DNA of 64,000 nt from Cyanobacteria bacterium J06626_4 (GTDB lineage Bacteria; Cyanobacteriota; Cyanobacteriia; Phormidesmidales; Phormidesmidaceae): assembly GCA_038523235.1 (NCBI GenBank), contig JBCBJQ010000021.1:1-64000 (forward strand). Direction: 5' to 3'. The position numbers and the translations under genes are program-made. A model generated the notes under the pieces. The model did no database searches. It was not told the origin of the DNA and worked only from the letters and a program-made list of their open reading frames with translations. Positions 20,690 to 28,890 of the stretch are shown in pieces. Numbering within the stretch: the first letter of the stretch is position 1; each line of letters opens with the position of its first letter.

Positions 20690-21262
20690 AGGCATCGTCA
20701 GCGCCTGCTTCAGTAGCTTGCGGTAGTCCCGGTTAGACACCACATAGGCTCCAAAGCGCGCCAGATGAGGATTCATCATTTGCGCATCAAAAAACAGAAA
20801 GCGGCGCGATCGCAGATGCTCTACCAGCTTCACCATGGCGACCTTAGAGCCTTCGGGAATGCGATAAAACATCGACTCGCCGATAAACGCCCCGCCAATC
20901 GAGAGGCCCAAAATCCCGCCGGCTAGCTGATCGCCCTGCCAAGTTTCATAGCTGTGCGCCCACCCGGCCTGGTGCAGCTCCCAGTAAATCTCTTTCAAAT
21001 CATCGGAAATCCACGTGGTGTCACGGTTAGCACAGCCATCGACGACGGCTAAAAAGTCGCGGCTAATCGCCGTTTCAAACCGTTCTTGATTGATGGCTCG
21101 GCGCAGCGACTTGGGATAGCGAAAGCGATCGTCCAGGGGAATCAGCGTCCGCTGACGGCTGGAATACCACCCTAAGCCCTGACCTTCGTCGTCAGACATG
21201 AGGAAATAGCCCTTGGCGTATCCCTCAATGATGGCGGTGATATCGTACTGCGATGGAATCAA
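20675..21262 (-). CDS. aat: Leucyl/phenylalanyl-tRNA--protein transferase
   Basis: TWIS...AHSYETW, GGAFIGESMF, SKVAMVKL, FDAQMMNPHL. Confidence 0.95.
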   Translation of the reverse strand: MIPSQYDITAIIEGYAKGYFLMSDDEGQGLGWYSSRQRTLIPLDDRFRYPKSLRRAINQERFETAISRDFLAVVDGCANRDTTWISDDLKEIYWELHQAGWAHSYETWQGDQLAGGILGLSIGGAFIGESMFYRIPEGSKVAMVKLVEHLRSRRFLFFDAQMMNPHLARFGAYVVSNRDYRKLLKQALTMPCTLV

Positions 21263-21297
21263 GGTTTTCTATACCAAGGCCATAGGTGACGGCAACA

Positions 21298-22251
21298 TCA
21301 GGCGCTTTGCTCCCTATCAGCATAGGCCGCATACACCCCCTGCACGTTGTACCAATTGAGAAATACGCGCGCAATCTCTAGAGCCAGCTGCGGTCGCCCT
21401 CGATCGATCAGCCACTGCAAGAGCGGAGCCAGCGTTCTTTCATTGAGTCTGCCGCCCAGAGATAGCACGCCCCACAGCACACGGTGCAGCCAGGTCATCT
21501 GAATCATCATCCGCACATCTCGCGTCGGATGCTTTTGGTAAAACAACACCCCCATGCGACCACGCTGAATTTCTTGATCAATCAGGCGCGGCACCTGATC
21601 TAACGAAAAGGGCGGATGCCAGTGGTAGCCAACGGCTGCTGGCACTTTCACCAACGACAAGCCCAGCTTTTTGAGCCGTACGCCGAGTTCCAGATCTTCC
21701 CAGCCGTAGAGTTGAAATTGGGTGTCAAAGAGACCGGCTGCTTCGAGCCAGTGCCGGGCGATCGCCACATTGCCCGTCGCAAAAAATGCTTGGGAATAGT
21801 CCGTCACTTTAAAGGTCTCTGAGGTCGGATCGTCAAAGTTGCAGGTATTGACCACCCGACCGTAGGTAAAGACGCGATCGCTGCCCTGGTCTCGATAGGC
21901 TTTCTGCAGCGCAGTGCCGTGGTGATGCAGAAAGTCGGGCAGCACGACCAAATCGCTGTCGATGAAGATAATGGTGTCGCCTTTGGCCTCTCTGACGCCA
22001 AAGTTGCGGGCGATCGCCGGGCCTTTGTGATCTTGCTCAAATAGCCGCACATGGGGAAATTCGGCGGCGCTTTCCTGTAGCCAGCGCACGGTGCCATCGG
22101 TGGAGCCGTCATCCACAATCACCACCTCGTAGCCCTCAACCGGGCTGTTCGCCGGAAGAGACTGCTGCTCCATCGCTCGCAGACACTTTTCCAAAATAGG
22201 TTGGCGGTTGTAGGTTGGGATGACAACGCTGAAAAACACAGCACACCTCAA
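21298..22251 (-). CDS. Glycosyltransferase family 2
   Basis: SVVIPTYN, VDDGSTDGT, ARNFG, FIDSD, YGWEDLELG. Confidence 0.92.
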   Translation of the reverse strand: MRCAVFFSVVIPTYNRQPILEKCLRAMEQQSLPANSPVEGYEVVIVDDGSTDGTVRWLQESAAEFPHVRLFEQDHKGPAIARNFGVREAKGDTIIFIDSDLVVLPDFLHHHGTALQKAYRDQGSDRVFTYGRVVNTCNFDDPTSETFKVTDYSQAFFATGNVAIARHWLEAAGLFDTQFQLYGWEDLELGVRLKKLGLSLVKVPAAVGYHWHPPFSLDQVPRLIDQEIQRGRMGVLFYQKHPTRDVRMMIQMTWLHRVLWGVLSLGGRLNERTLAPLLQWLIDRGRPQLALEIARVFLNWYNVQGVYAAYADREQSA

Positions 22252-22387
22252 AACGGCTCTCCAATCCTACTGTAGTTATAGCCGCCTGCCCTAGACGAGA
22301 AAACCGGACACCTTGGCGTCATGCTGTGCTGAATCATGACCTATACCGTTTCAACCGGATACAACCTCACTGATTCAAACTGTCGAA

Positions 22388-22480
22388 GAACCTCACCTCA
22401 CCTCTCCTTATCAAGGAGAGGAACCCAAGATCTTAGATAAGCCTCTCCTTACCAAAGAGAGGTGCCGCAGGCGGTAAGGT
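22388..22480. repeat. Single copy of a ~95-bp double-hairpin REP/BIME-like element
   Basis: GAACCTCACC..CCTCTCCTT-N3-AAGGAGAGG..CCTCTCCTT-N3-AAAGAGAGG-TGCCGCAGGCGGTAAGGT; same architecture as the array at 56626-56910. Confidence 0.85.
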
Positions 22481-22547
22481 CATTCCCGGTAAGCGTAGTC
22501 TAGAGCGTTAGGCAGACATGACTTGCGCCAGCGATCGATCGCTGCCC

Positions 22548-23570
22548 CTAAACCTCACTCGGCAGCGTGGGCATCTCTTCGCCCTGATAGTCGCGCGTCG
22601 GCATCTCAAAGCCGCAGGACGTGCCATCGGTGTAAACCACCTCATCTTCCCAAGGCAGGCGATAGTTGCCGTCCACCATATCTTTCATATAGGTGTAGGG
22701 GCAGTCTTGGGCGCCACCCTTTACCGCCACATAGCCCCGGTGACCGAACTGGTAGATGTTGTTCTCGACGCCCCAATACTGGCGGGCCTCGCGTACCAGA
22801 TCGGGTCGTACCTCAGCGGTGATGATTTCGTCGGGGCGGTGGCTGCCCATCACGAGCGGTTCGCCATCAAAGTTGACGATCATGCCCTCACCCATCGAGT
22901 CAAAGGTGCCGTCGGTGCCGCACATACAAACTGAGGCCGTCACCATCAGGTTGCTAAAGGCATTCGCCTGGTTGGTTACCCGCCAAGAAGAACGAATCGG
23001 GGCGGTGTAACCCGCCGTGCGAATCATGATCTCTGCCCCTTTGTAGGCACATTCTCGCGCCATCTCGGGGAACATGCCGTCGTGGCAAATGATTAGCGCG
23101 ATCGTGCTGCCGTTCGGCCCTTCACAGACGGGAATGCCTATGTTGCCCGGTTCCCATGGTTCCACGGGCACCCAGGGATGCAGCTTGCGGTAGTAGAGCT
23201 TGAGTTCCCCTTTGTCATCAATAATCAGCCCGCTGTTGTAGGGGTTGCCCTTAGGGTTGAATTCCATAATGGAAAAACAGCCCCAGATCTGATTGTCGAT
23301 GCAGGCTTGGCGAAAAGCAGCAACTTCTGGCCCGTCCAGCCGACACATAATGTCGGGATTAGTATCCATCGACAGCCCGTGCAGCGAATACTCGGGAAAA
23401 ACCACCAGATCCATCGTGGGCATATTGCGGCGAGCCTTGCCGACCATCTCAACGATACGTTGGGTTTGGGCAGCGAGGTCGTCAGGGGTGACCACATTGG
23501 GCAATTGCGCCTGCACCATCCCCAACACGACACCGTTCGGGGTTTTGTTCAATCCACCGAGTCCGCTCAT
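22548..23570 (-). CDS. amiF: Formamidase (nitrilase-superfamily aliphatic amidase, AmiF type)
   Basis: E-K-C triad in VVFPEY, YRKLHPW, ICHDG (CHD is AmiF-like; AmiE has CDD); AGAGGT RBS before ATG 23570. Confidence 0.88.
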   Translation of the reverse strand: MSGLGGLNKTPNGVVLGMVQAQLPNVVTPDDLAAQTQRIVEMVGKARRNMPTMDLVVFPEYSLHGLSMDTNPDIMCRLDGPEVAAFRQACIDNQIWGCFSIMEFNPKGNPYNSGLIIDDKGELKLYYRKLHPWVPVEPWEPGNIGIPVCEGPNGSTIALIICHDGMFPEMARECAYKGAEIMIRTAGYTAPIRSSWRVTNQANAFSNLMVTASVCMCGTDGTFDSMGEGMIVNFDGEPLVMGSHRPDEIITAEVRPDLVREARQYWGVENNIYQFGHRGYVAVKGGAQDCPYTYMKDMVDGNYRLPWEDEVVYTDGTSCGFEMPTRDYQGEEMPTLPSEV

Positions 23571-23686
23571 GGCCACCTCTTAAGCAAATATTAGGAACAT
23601 CGCTAATTTGCCATTGCGGGGGACGGCATTTTGTGGCGATCGCTGCAGCTTATCCTGACAATTGCAGGAATTCTCAGGACGCCTCC

Positions 23687-23827
23687 TCAACCATGACGGC
23701 GAATGGCATCAATCTGCATAGCAATGTAATCGCGCGATCGATAATCGTTGGCATAGCGGAGCTGATGACGCAACTCAGTAATCTTTTGCTGCTGCAACCG
23801 TTTGCGTTCTTGAGCGTTGTATTTCAT
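23687..23827 (-). CDS. Candidate 46-aa small protein upstream of amiF
   Basis: MKYNAQERKRLQQQKITELRHQLRYANDYRSRDYIAMQIDAIRRHG; charged and helical-looking; co-oriented with amiF. Confidence 0.35.
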   Translation of the reverse strand: MKYNAQERKRLQQQKITELRHQLRYANDYRSRDYIAMQIDAIRRHG

Positions 23828-23948
23828 GACAGGAACTCGCTTTGGCCTATGCCTTATACATCTGCACCTGAGCCTCATCTTTAGAGCGAATGTAGGGCGT
23901 AAAAGCCGCTCTATGACTCAGGCACTATTTAAAGACTGCCGCCAAAAT

Positions 23949-23964
23949 AGTAGCGATCGCTACT
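23949..23964. promoter_or_regulatory. Perfect palindrome matching NtcA consensus GTA-N8-TAC, with HIP1 as the spacer
   Basis: AGTAGCGATCGCTACT, upstream of the small ORF and amiF. Confidence 0.35.
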
Positions 23965-24261
23965 TTCTACACAAAACGAAAAATCGATTCGTTCGTGGAG
24001 CGCAGCGATCGCTGTGCTGATCACACCCCGATTCCGGAGATGAGCGCCGCCTCTCTTTTTGGATACCTTGGCACAGTGGTGTTTTTGCAGTTGGACGAGG
24101 CGCGATCGCCCTCGACGCCATCATTGCCCCTGGAAAGTGCGTAAACTTGCCGTGTAAAAGTGAAGGTAATCACCGGCGTCAGTCGCTTTGAGAGACGAGA
24201 CGACTGACGCAGAACCGTACCAAGTCGGCCCCCAGACCTGACACAACACAGAGCGCGTGCC

Positions 24262-25185
24262 ATGACCGAGACTTATTTAACCATCGCCCGACAGGGTCGT
24301 AATGCCTGGTGGCGTTACCTGTTGAGCCTGATATTGGCCCTGGGGCTAACCATCAACGCGACCATCTTTGTGGCCTTCCCCTTTTTGCTGGTTGCCACCC
24401 TGCAAGAGGTGCCGATGCCGACTGATGACATCTGGATGAGCCAGCCAGGTTGGTTTTTCGGCGTGACGGCGGCTGTGACGACCTTAATGACGTTAGGGCT
24501 GATTGTCGCCATCCCGGCCCTGCACCAACGCCCCTGGCGGACAGTGATTAATCCTCAAGGATTGATCCGCTGGCGACGGATCGCACAGGGGTGGGGCGTC
24601 TGGTTGGGGCTGATGCTGTTGAGCATTGCGTTGTTTGCAGTGTTCGATCGAGATCGCTACACCATTCAGGTCACTGTCGGCTGGCTGTGGCGCTGGCTCC
24701 CCACGCTGCTAGTGATGTCACTAGTGGCTTTGATGCCGAGTTTAGTCTATGGCTATTTGTTGCAGGGCTTGGGATTGCTGATTCCACGACCGGTGCGATT
24801 AACGGCAGTCGTCGCCGTACTGATTGGCCTCTTTAATGTCGTCTCATCGCCCACGCCCCCCACGATTTGGGACTGGGGCTTTGGTCTAATCACGGCAGGA
24901 TTTTTTGTGTGGATCATCTTGCAAGATCGTGGCCTGGAACTGTTTATTGGTCTGCAAGCGGCCAATGCGTTAGTACGACTACAGCTGGTGCGATCGCCCG
25001 ACACTACCCCTACGTTTCCGGCGCTGTTGACTCGCAATGCCGGGGCAAGCTCTTGGCTCGATTTCATTGTCTGGCTGCTGGGCTTGGGCCTGTTTTACGC
25101 CATTTGTTTTTATGCGTGGCCATCGTCTAGAGCACCGGCCCCGAACTCTGCTACCGCCAGCAACTCGCGAGAGGAACTCGATTAG
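24262..25185 (+). CDS. CPBP/Abi (CAAX protease II)-like membrane protein with degenerate catalytic motifs
   Basis: YLTIARQGRNAWWRY N-terminus, GYLLQGLG and DRGLEL..G segments typical of cyanobacterial CPBP proteins; EExxxR and His motifs missing. Confidence 0.7.
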   Translation: MTETYLTIARQGRNAWWRYLLSLILALGLTINATIFVAFPFLLVATLQEVPMPTDDIWMSQPGWFFGVTAAVTTLMTLGLIVAIPALHQRPWRTVINPQGLIRWRRIAQGWGVWLGLMLLSIALFAVFDRDRYTIQVTVGWLWRWLPTLLVMSLVALMPSLVYGYLLQGLGLLIPRPVRLTAVVAVLIGLFNVVSSPTPPTIWDWGFGLITAGFFVWIILQDRGLELFIGLQAANALVRLQLVRSPDTTPTFPALLTRNAGASSWLDFIVWLLGLGLFYAICFYAWPSSRAPAPNSATASNSREELD

Positions 25186-25256
25186 TCTGATTATCGTGAC
25201 ACCTCTCTCGGAGCTGTTATCAATATTTGAGGGGTGCCATTGAGAATATGGATGCT

Positions 25257-25655
25257 TCAGCTTTTCGTGGCAGCGAGCGACGCTTGATAAGCTTGCCACC
25301 CGCCGAACTCCGTAATTTCTCGTTTGCCAACCACGGTCAGCGGTTCACCAATCACGCCCAGCACCGTTTCCCCCTCGGCCAGCTTCACCTTGCCGATCGC
25401 CAACCCCGGCGGCTCCTGCATCAAAATCACCCCCAAACCTGCTAGCGGTACGTCCCACACTTCCACCGCGATCGCGACGCCACCCTCGGCCACCCGCACC
25501 ATCGCCGGATACTGGTCATCAATCGTCCACAGCCGGTAAGCCGCCTCGGTGGTGGTTTCAGCGTTAAAGGTTGCGCCCACGTTCAGCAGATTTGGATTCA
25601 GCGCCAACCCCCGCATCAGCGTGCCGTTAACCGCCAACTTCAAAGTTTCCGTCAT
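25257..25655 (-). CDS. Stand-alone allophanate hydrolase C-terminal-domain-like protein (gamma-glutamylcyclotransferase-like fold)
   Basis: LAVNGTLMRGLALN, YRLW, AIAVEVWDVP, EPPGLAIGKVKL, EITEFGGWQAY resemble the AtzF C-terminal domain. Confidence 0.75.
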   Translation of the reverse strand: MTETLKLAVNGTLMRGLALNPNLLNVGATFNAETTTEAAYRLWTIDDQYPAMVRVAEGGVAIAVEVWDVPLAGLGVILMQEPPGLAIGKVKLAEGETVLGVIGEPLTVVGKREITEFGGWQAYQASLAATKS

Positions 25656-25665
25656 GGTTTCTTGG

Positions 25666-26613
25666 CTAATCCTCTTTACCCAGCGCACCCGGTGCTCCGA
25701 CCAGTGTACGCTTCGGCGAGCAGGTGATAATCATAATTAGCAGCGTCAGAATGTAGGGGGCTGCGTTGAATAGATAGTAGTAAGCATTGATGCCAACCGA
25801 TTGGAAAGCCGGGCCGAGCGCCTGGGCACCGCCAAACAACAGCGACGCCCACAGACATTGAAGCGGGTTCCAGCGGGCAAAAATCACCAGTGCCACTGCC
25901 ATTAATCCCTGGCCGCTTGAGATGCGCTCAGTCCACACGCCAGGAAAATACAGCGACAGGCAAGCGCCGCCAATGCCTGCGAGAAAGCTGCCCGCCATGA
26001 TGCTCAAAAACCGCACCTTAAAAATCGAAATGCCCATCGCCCGCGCCGCCTCGGGGCTGTCGCCCACCGCGCGAATATACAGCCCCCAGCGCGTTGAGCG
26101 AAAGAACCACTGCATCATGGGGGCGATCGCCACCCCAATCAAAAACAGCGGACTCACCTTTAACGCCGACTGCACGGCGGGGGTGCTGCTCCAAGCGCCC
26201 CACTGAAAGGTGAATAGCTGTGGCGCTTGGGGCTGAATAAAGGGCTTGCCCAAAAAGAAGGCTAAGCCACTGCCAAAAATAATCATCGCGATGCCGACGG
26301 CCACATCGTTCACGCGGGGCTGTTGCGCCAGCCAGCCGTGAATCGCGCCCAGCGACATCCCGGCCAAGCCTGCCGCCAGCACGCCAAGCCACGGGGCCCA
26401 AAAATCACCCAATGCGCCTTGACTCAGGTAAGCGACGCCATAGGCGCTCATCGCCCCCATCAGCAAGGTGCCTTCCAAGCCCAGGTTGATTTTGCCGCTT
26501 TTTTCTGTCAGGCATTCGCCCAAACTCACAAACAAAAACGGGGCGCTGCCTCGCAGGGTACCGGCCAAAATGCCGAGGGGCACGCCCCACCAGCCCAATG
26601 CTTCAGTTGCCAT
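25666..26613 (-). CDS. ABC transporter permease, BMP/nucleoside (CUT2-like) family
   Basis: EKSGKINLGLEG, RAVGDSPEAARAMG, GQGLMAVALVIFARWNP. Confidence 0.9.
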   Translation of the reverse strand: MATEALGWWGVPLGILAGTLRGSAPFLFVSLGECLTEKSGKINLGLEGTLLMGAMSAYGVAYLSQGALGDFWAPWLGVLAAGLAGMSLGAIHGWLAQQPRVNDVAVGIAMIIFGSGLAFFLGKPFIQPQAPQLFTFQWGAWSSTPAVQSALKVSPLFLIGVAIAPMMQWFFRSTRWGLYIRAVGDSPEAARAMGISIFKVRFLSIMAGSFLAGIGGACLSLYFPGVWTERISSGQGLMAVALVIFARWNPLQCLWASLLFGGAQALGPAFQSVGINAYYYLFNAAPYILTLLIMIITCSPKRTLVGAPGALGKED

Positions 26614-26673
26614 GTCGTAACCTCATCGGATGCCTGTGAAATGGATAGGGCGGCGTAGAACAGTCATGAAAAA

Positions 26674-27756
26674 CTAAGCCACTGGCTTTTCTTGAAACCA
26701 GGGCAGACGACCATAGAGCGAATCGCTGAACAACACACAGAGAAACACAATGCCTTGAAACACCAGCACCGTGGCATCGGGCAAATCGTGCGATCGCTGC
26801 AAAATGCCGCCACTGGCCAAAATGCCCCCTAGCAGCACCGCCACCAAAATCGTCGCCAGCGGATTATGACGCGAGACAAAGGCCACCAAAATGCCCGCGT
26901 AGCCATAGTTCGACACCAGCGATTCATTAATGCGCTTTTGCACGGCGGCGACCTCGATCATGCCCGCTAGTCCCGCACAGGAACCGCCCAAAAAGCAAAT
27001 GGCCAGAGTCAATTTGCCGACGGGTAATCCGGCCACCCGGGCGGCGCGAATGTTGCCGCCTGCCGTACGCGCCGCAAAGCCAAAAGTCGTCCGCTGAATC
27101 AACACGTAGGCCATAACGCAGGCGATGAGGCCATAGACCAAACCATAGTGAATGCGGCTGCCGGGCAGCGTGCCCATCCACAGCGCTTCATTCAGTTCTG
27201 CTGAGGACGGCTTCGTGACAAACTCCGCATCGCGCATCGGGCCTTCGACCAAATGGTTGATCAGGGCGATCGCGATGTAGTTTAACAGCAGGCTGCTGAT
27301 GGTCTCATTGACGCCGCGATAGTGGCGCAGGGCACCGGCCAGCATAATCCACAGGCCCCCGGCGATGATAGCCGCGATCGCCATCGTGAATTGCCCCAGC
27401 ACCGGCGGCAAACTGGCGCCCACCGCCAGCCCCGCAATCGTCGCCGCCAAGCCGCCGATGACCAAAGCCCCTTCGTTGCCAATAATCACGAGCCCCAAGC
27501 GAGCAGGGAGTGCCGTACACAGCGCCGTCAGCATCAACGGTGAAGCGCGAATTAGCGTATTTTGCCAGGCGCTCCAGCTGCCAAAGGCAGCCTTATAGAT
27601 CGAGGCATAGACGCCTAACGGATTAGCTCCGGCGAGCGTGCAAAAGATGCCAAAAATCACCAGGGCCACCAGCAGTGCCGCCACTGGCAAAAAAACGGTC
27701 TCTAAGGGGCGTCGCCATTGATAAGACTTTGCGGCCGATGCCGGTGCGATCGTCAT
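26674..27756 (-). CDS. ABC transporter permease, BMP/nucleoside (CUT2-like) family
   Basis: IIGNEGA, GVNETISSLLLNYIA, NYGYAGILVAF. Confidence 0.9.
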   Translation of the reverse strand: MTIAPASAAKSYQWRRPLETVFLPVAALLVALVIFGIFCTLAGANPLGVYASIYKAAFGSWSAWQNTLIRASPLMLTALCTALPARLGLVIIGNEGALVIGGLAATIAGLAVGASLPPVLGQFTMAIAAIIAGGLWIMLAGALRHYRGVNETISSLLLNYIAIALINHLVEGPMRDAEFVTKPSSAELNEALWMGTLPGSRIHYGLVYGLIACVMAYVLIQRTTFGFAARTAGGNIRAARVAGLPVGKLTLAICFLGGSCAGLAGMIEVAAVQKRINESLVSNYGYAGILVAFVSRHNPLATILVAVLLGGILASGGILQRSHDLPDATVLVFQGIVFLCVLFSDSLYGRLPWFQEKPVA

Positions 27757-28259
27757 ACTGAGAGGCTCAATTTACCAACATTTAAACGTCGTTGCGACAA
27801 GCAATGGGTCGCGAGAGATTGTTCCAGATTTAGCAGCGGCCAGCCCGCCAAACGGACCGACAAGGGCTCGCAAAAACTGAGTGTTCGTCACTCTCAATTG
27901 GCCCTAAGCCTATAGCAGCAGGCTGGTCAACATCTAGCACCCGGCTACCGGTTGGCAAGCCTTAGGGAAAATTAGCCCTAGGATAATCCCCCTATCCGGT
28001 CGCCAGAGACGTAGCCCTGGCTACCAGACCTCTCCCAACATCCATTCAAAGAATTGATTATTTGTGGTTCAGAGTGAACACTCGCCTGCCGTTAGCGCCT
28101 CATCCGTCGGGGTTTCGGGTGCTGGCCCGGTCTGTTGAAAGCCTGGCAAACCCTCAGTAGCATTGCGTAAGAATACAGCACCGAAACGAATGTCAAACGA
28201 GATGATAGGGTTTAATAAATTCTTGTGTTGATTCTTCCTTAATGAGGGGATTTAAGTAG

Positions 28260-28679
28260 ATGAAACGTTTGTTGTTAGGCCTAGTGCTGACACTCGGGGT
28301 ACTAAGTACTTGCTTCGGTTGGCAGGTGCGCCCCGCCGCTGCCGCGACCAGTGTCAGTCTCGAGTACACACCAGTCTTGGCTGAAGAGCTACGCAACGCC
28401 GTTGACGACAAGCTGAGCACTGAGTACGGCTCTAAGCTTGATTTAAACAACGCCAACGTTCAAGCCTTTGTGAAATATAAGGGTATGTACCCGACGATCG
28501 CCGGCAAAATTCTGAAAAGCGCTCCCTTTGACAGTGTTGAAGACGTGCTACAAATCTCTGGACTGAGCGATCGCGAGCGCGACATCATCCAAGCAAATCT
28601 GGATAGCTTTACCGTCACCGTGCCCGACCCGGCACTGGTGGAAGGCGCTGATCGCTATAACAACGGCGTTTACCGCTAA
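28260..28679 (+). CDS. psbU: Photosystem II 12 kDa extrinsic protein
   Basis: Signal peptide; RNAVDDKL, KLDLNN, GMYPTIA, ALVEGADRYNNGVY. Confidence 0.96.
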   Translation: MKRLLLGLVLTLGVLSTCFGWQVRPAAAATSVSLEYTPVLAEELRNAVDDKLSTEYGSKLDLNNANVQAFVKYKGMYPTIAGKILKSAPFDSVEDVLQISGLSDRERDIIQANLDSFTVTVPDPALVEGADRYNNGVYR

Positions 28680-28890
28680 ACGCTCCAACGCTGCAGCCAG
28701 CCCCAGTGTTGGCTCAGCGACGAATCTCGGATTTAAATGAAACTAAGTCGGCAGAGGTATTTTGATCTCTGTCGACTTTTGACTATCAGCCCCATCGAGA
28801 GTGAGAACTGGCGTTTTCATCGCCGCCTGACCTCACCGCCTGCGGCCCCTCTCCTAAGCCCTTCGAGCCGGCTTCGCCAACAGTCAGAAA

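Noticed and set aside
27757..28259. Guanidine or purine riboswitch upstream of the BMP permeases
   Set aside because: I could not find the conserved ykkC, mini-ykkC or purine aptamer motifs on the minus strand by eye; an Rfam scan would settle it
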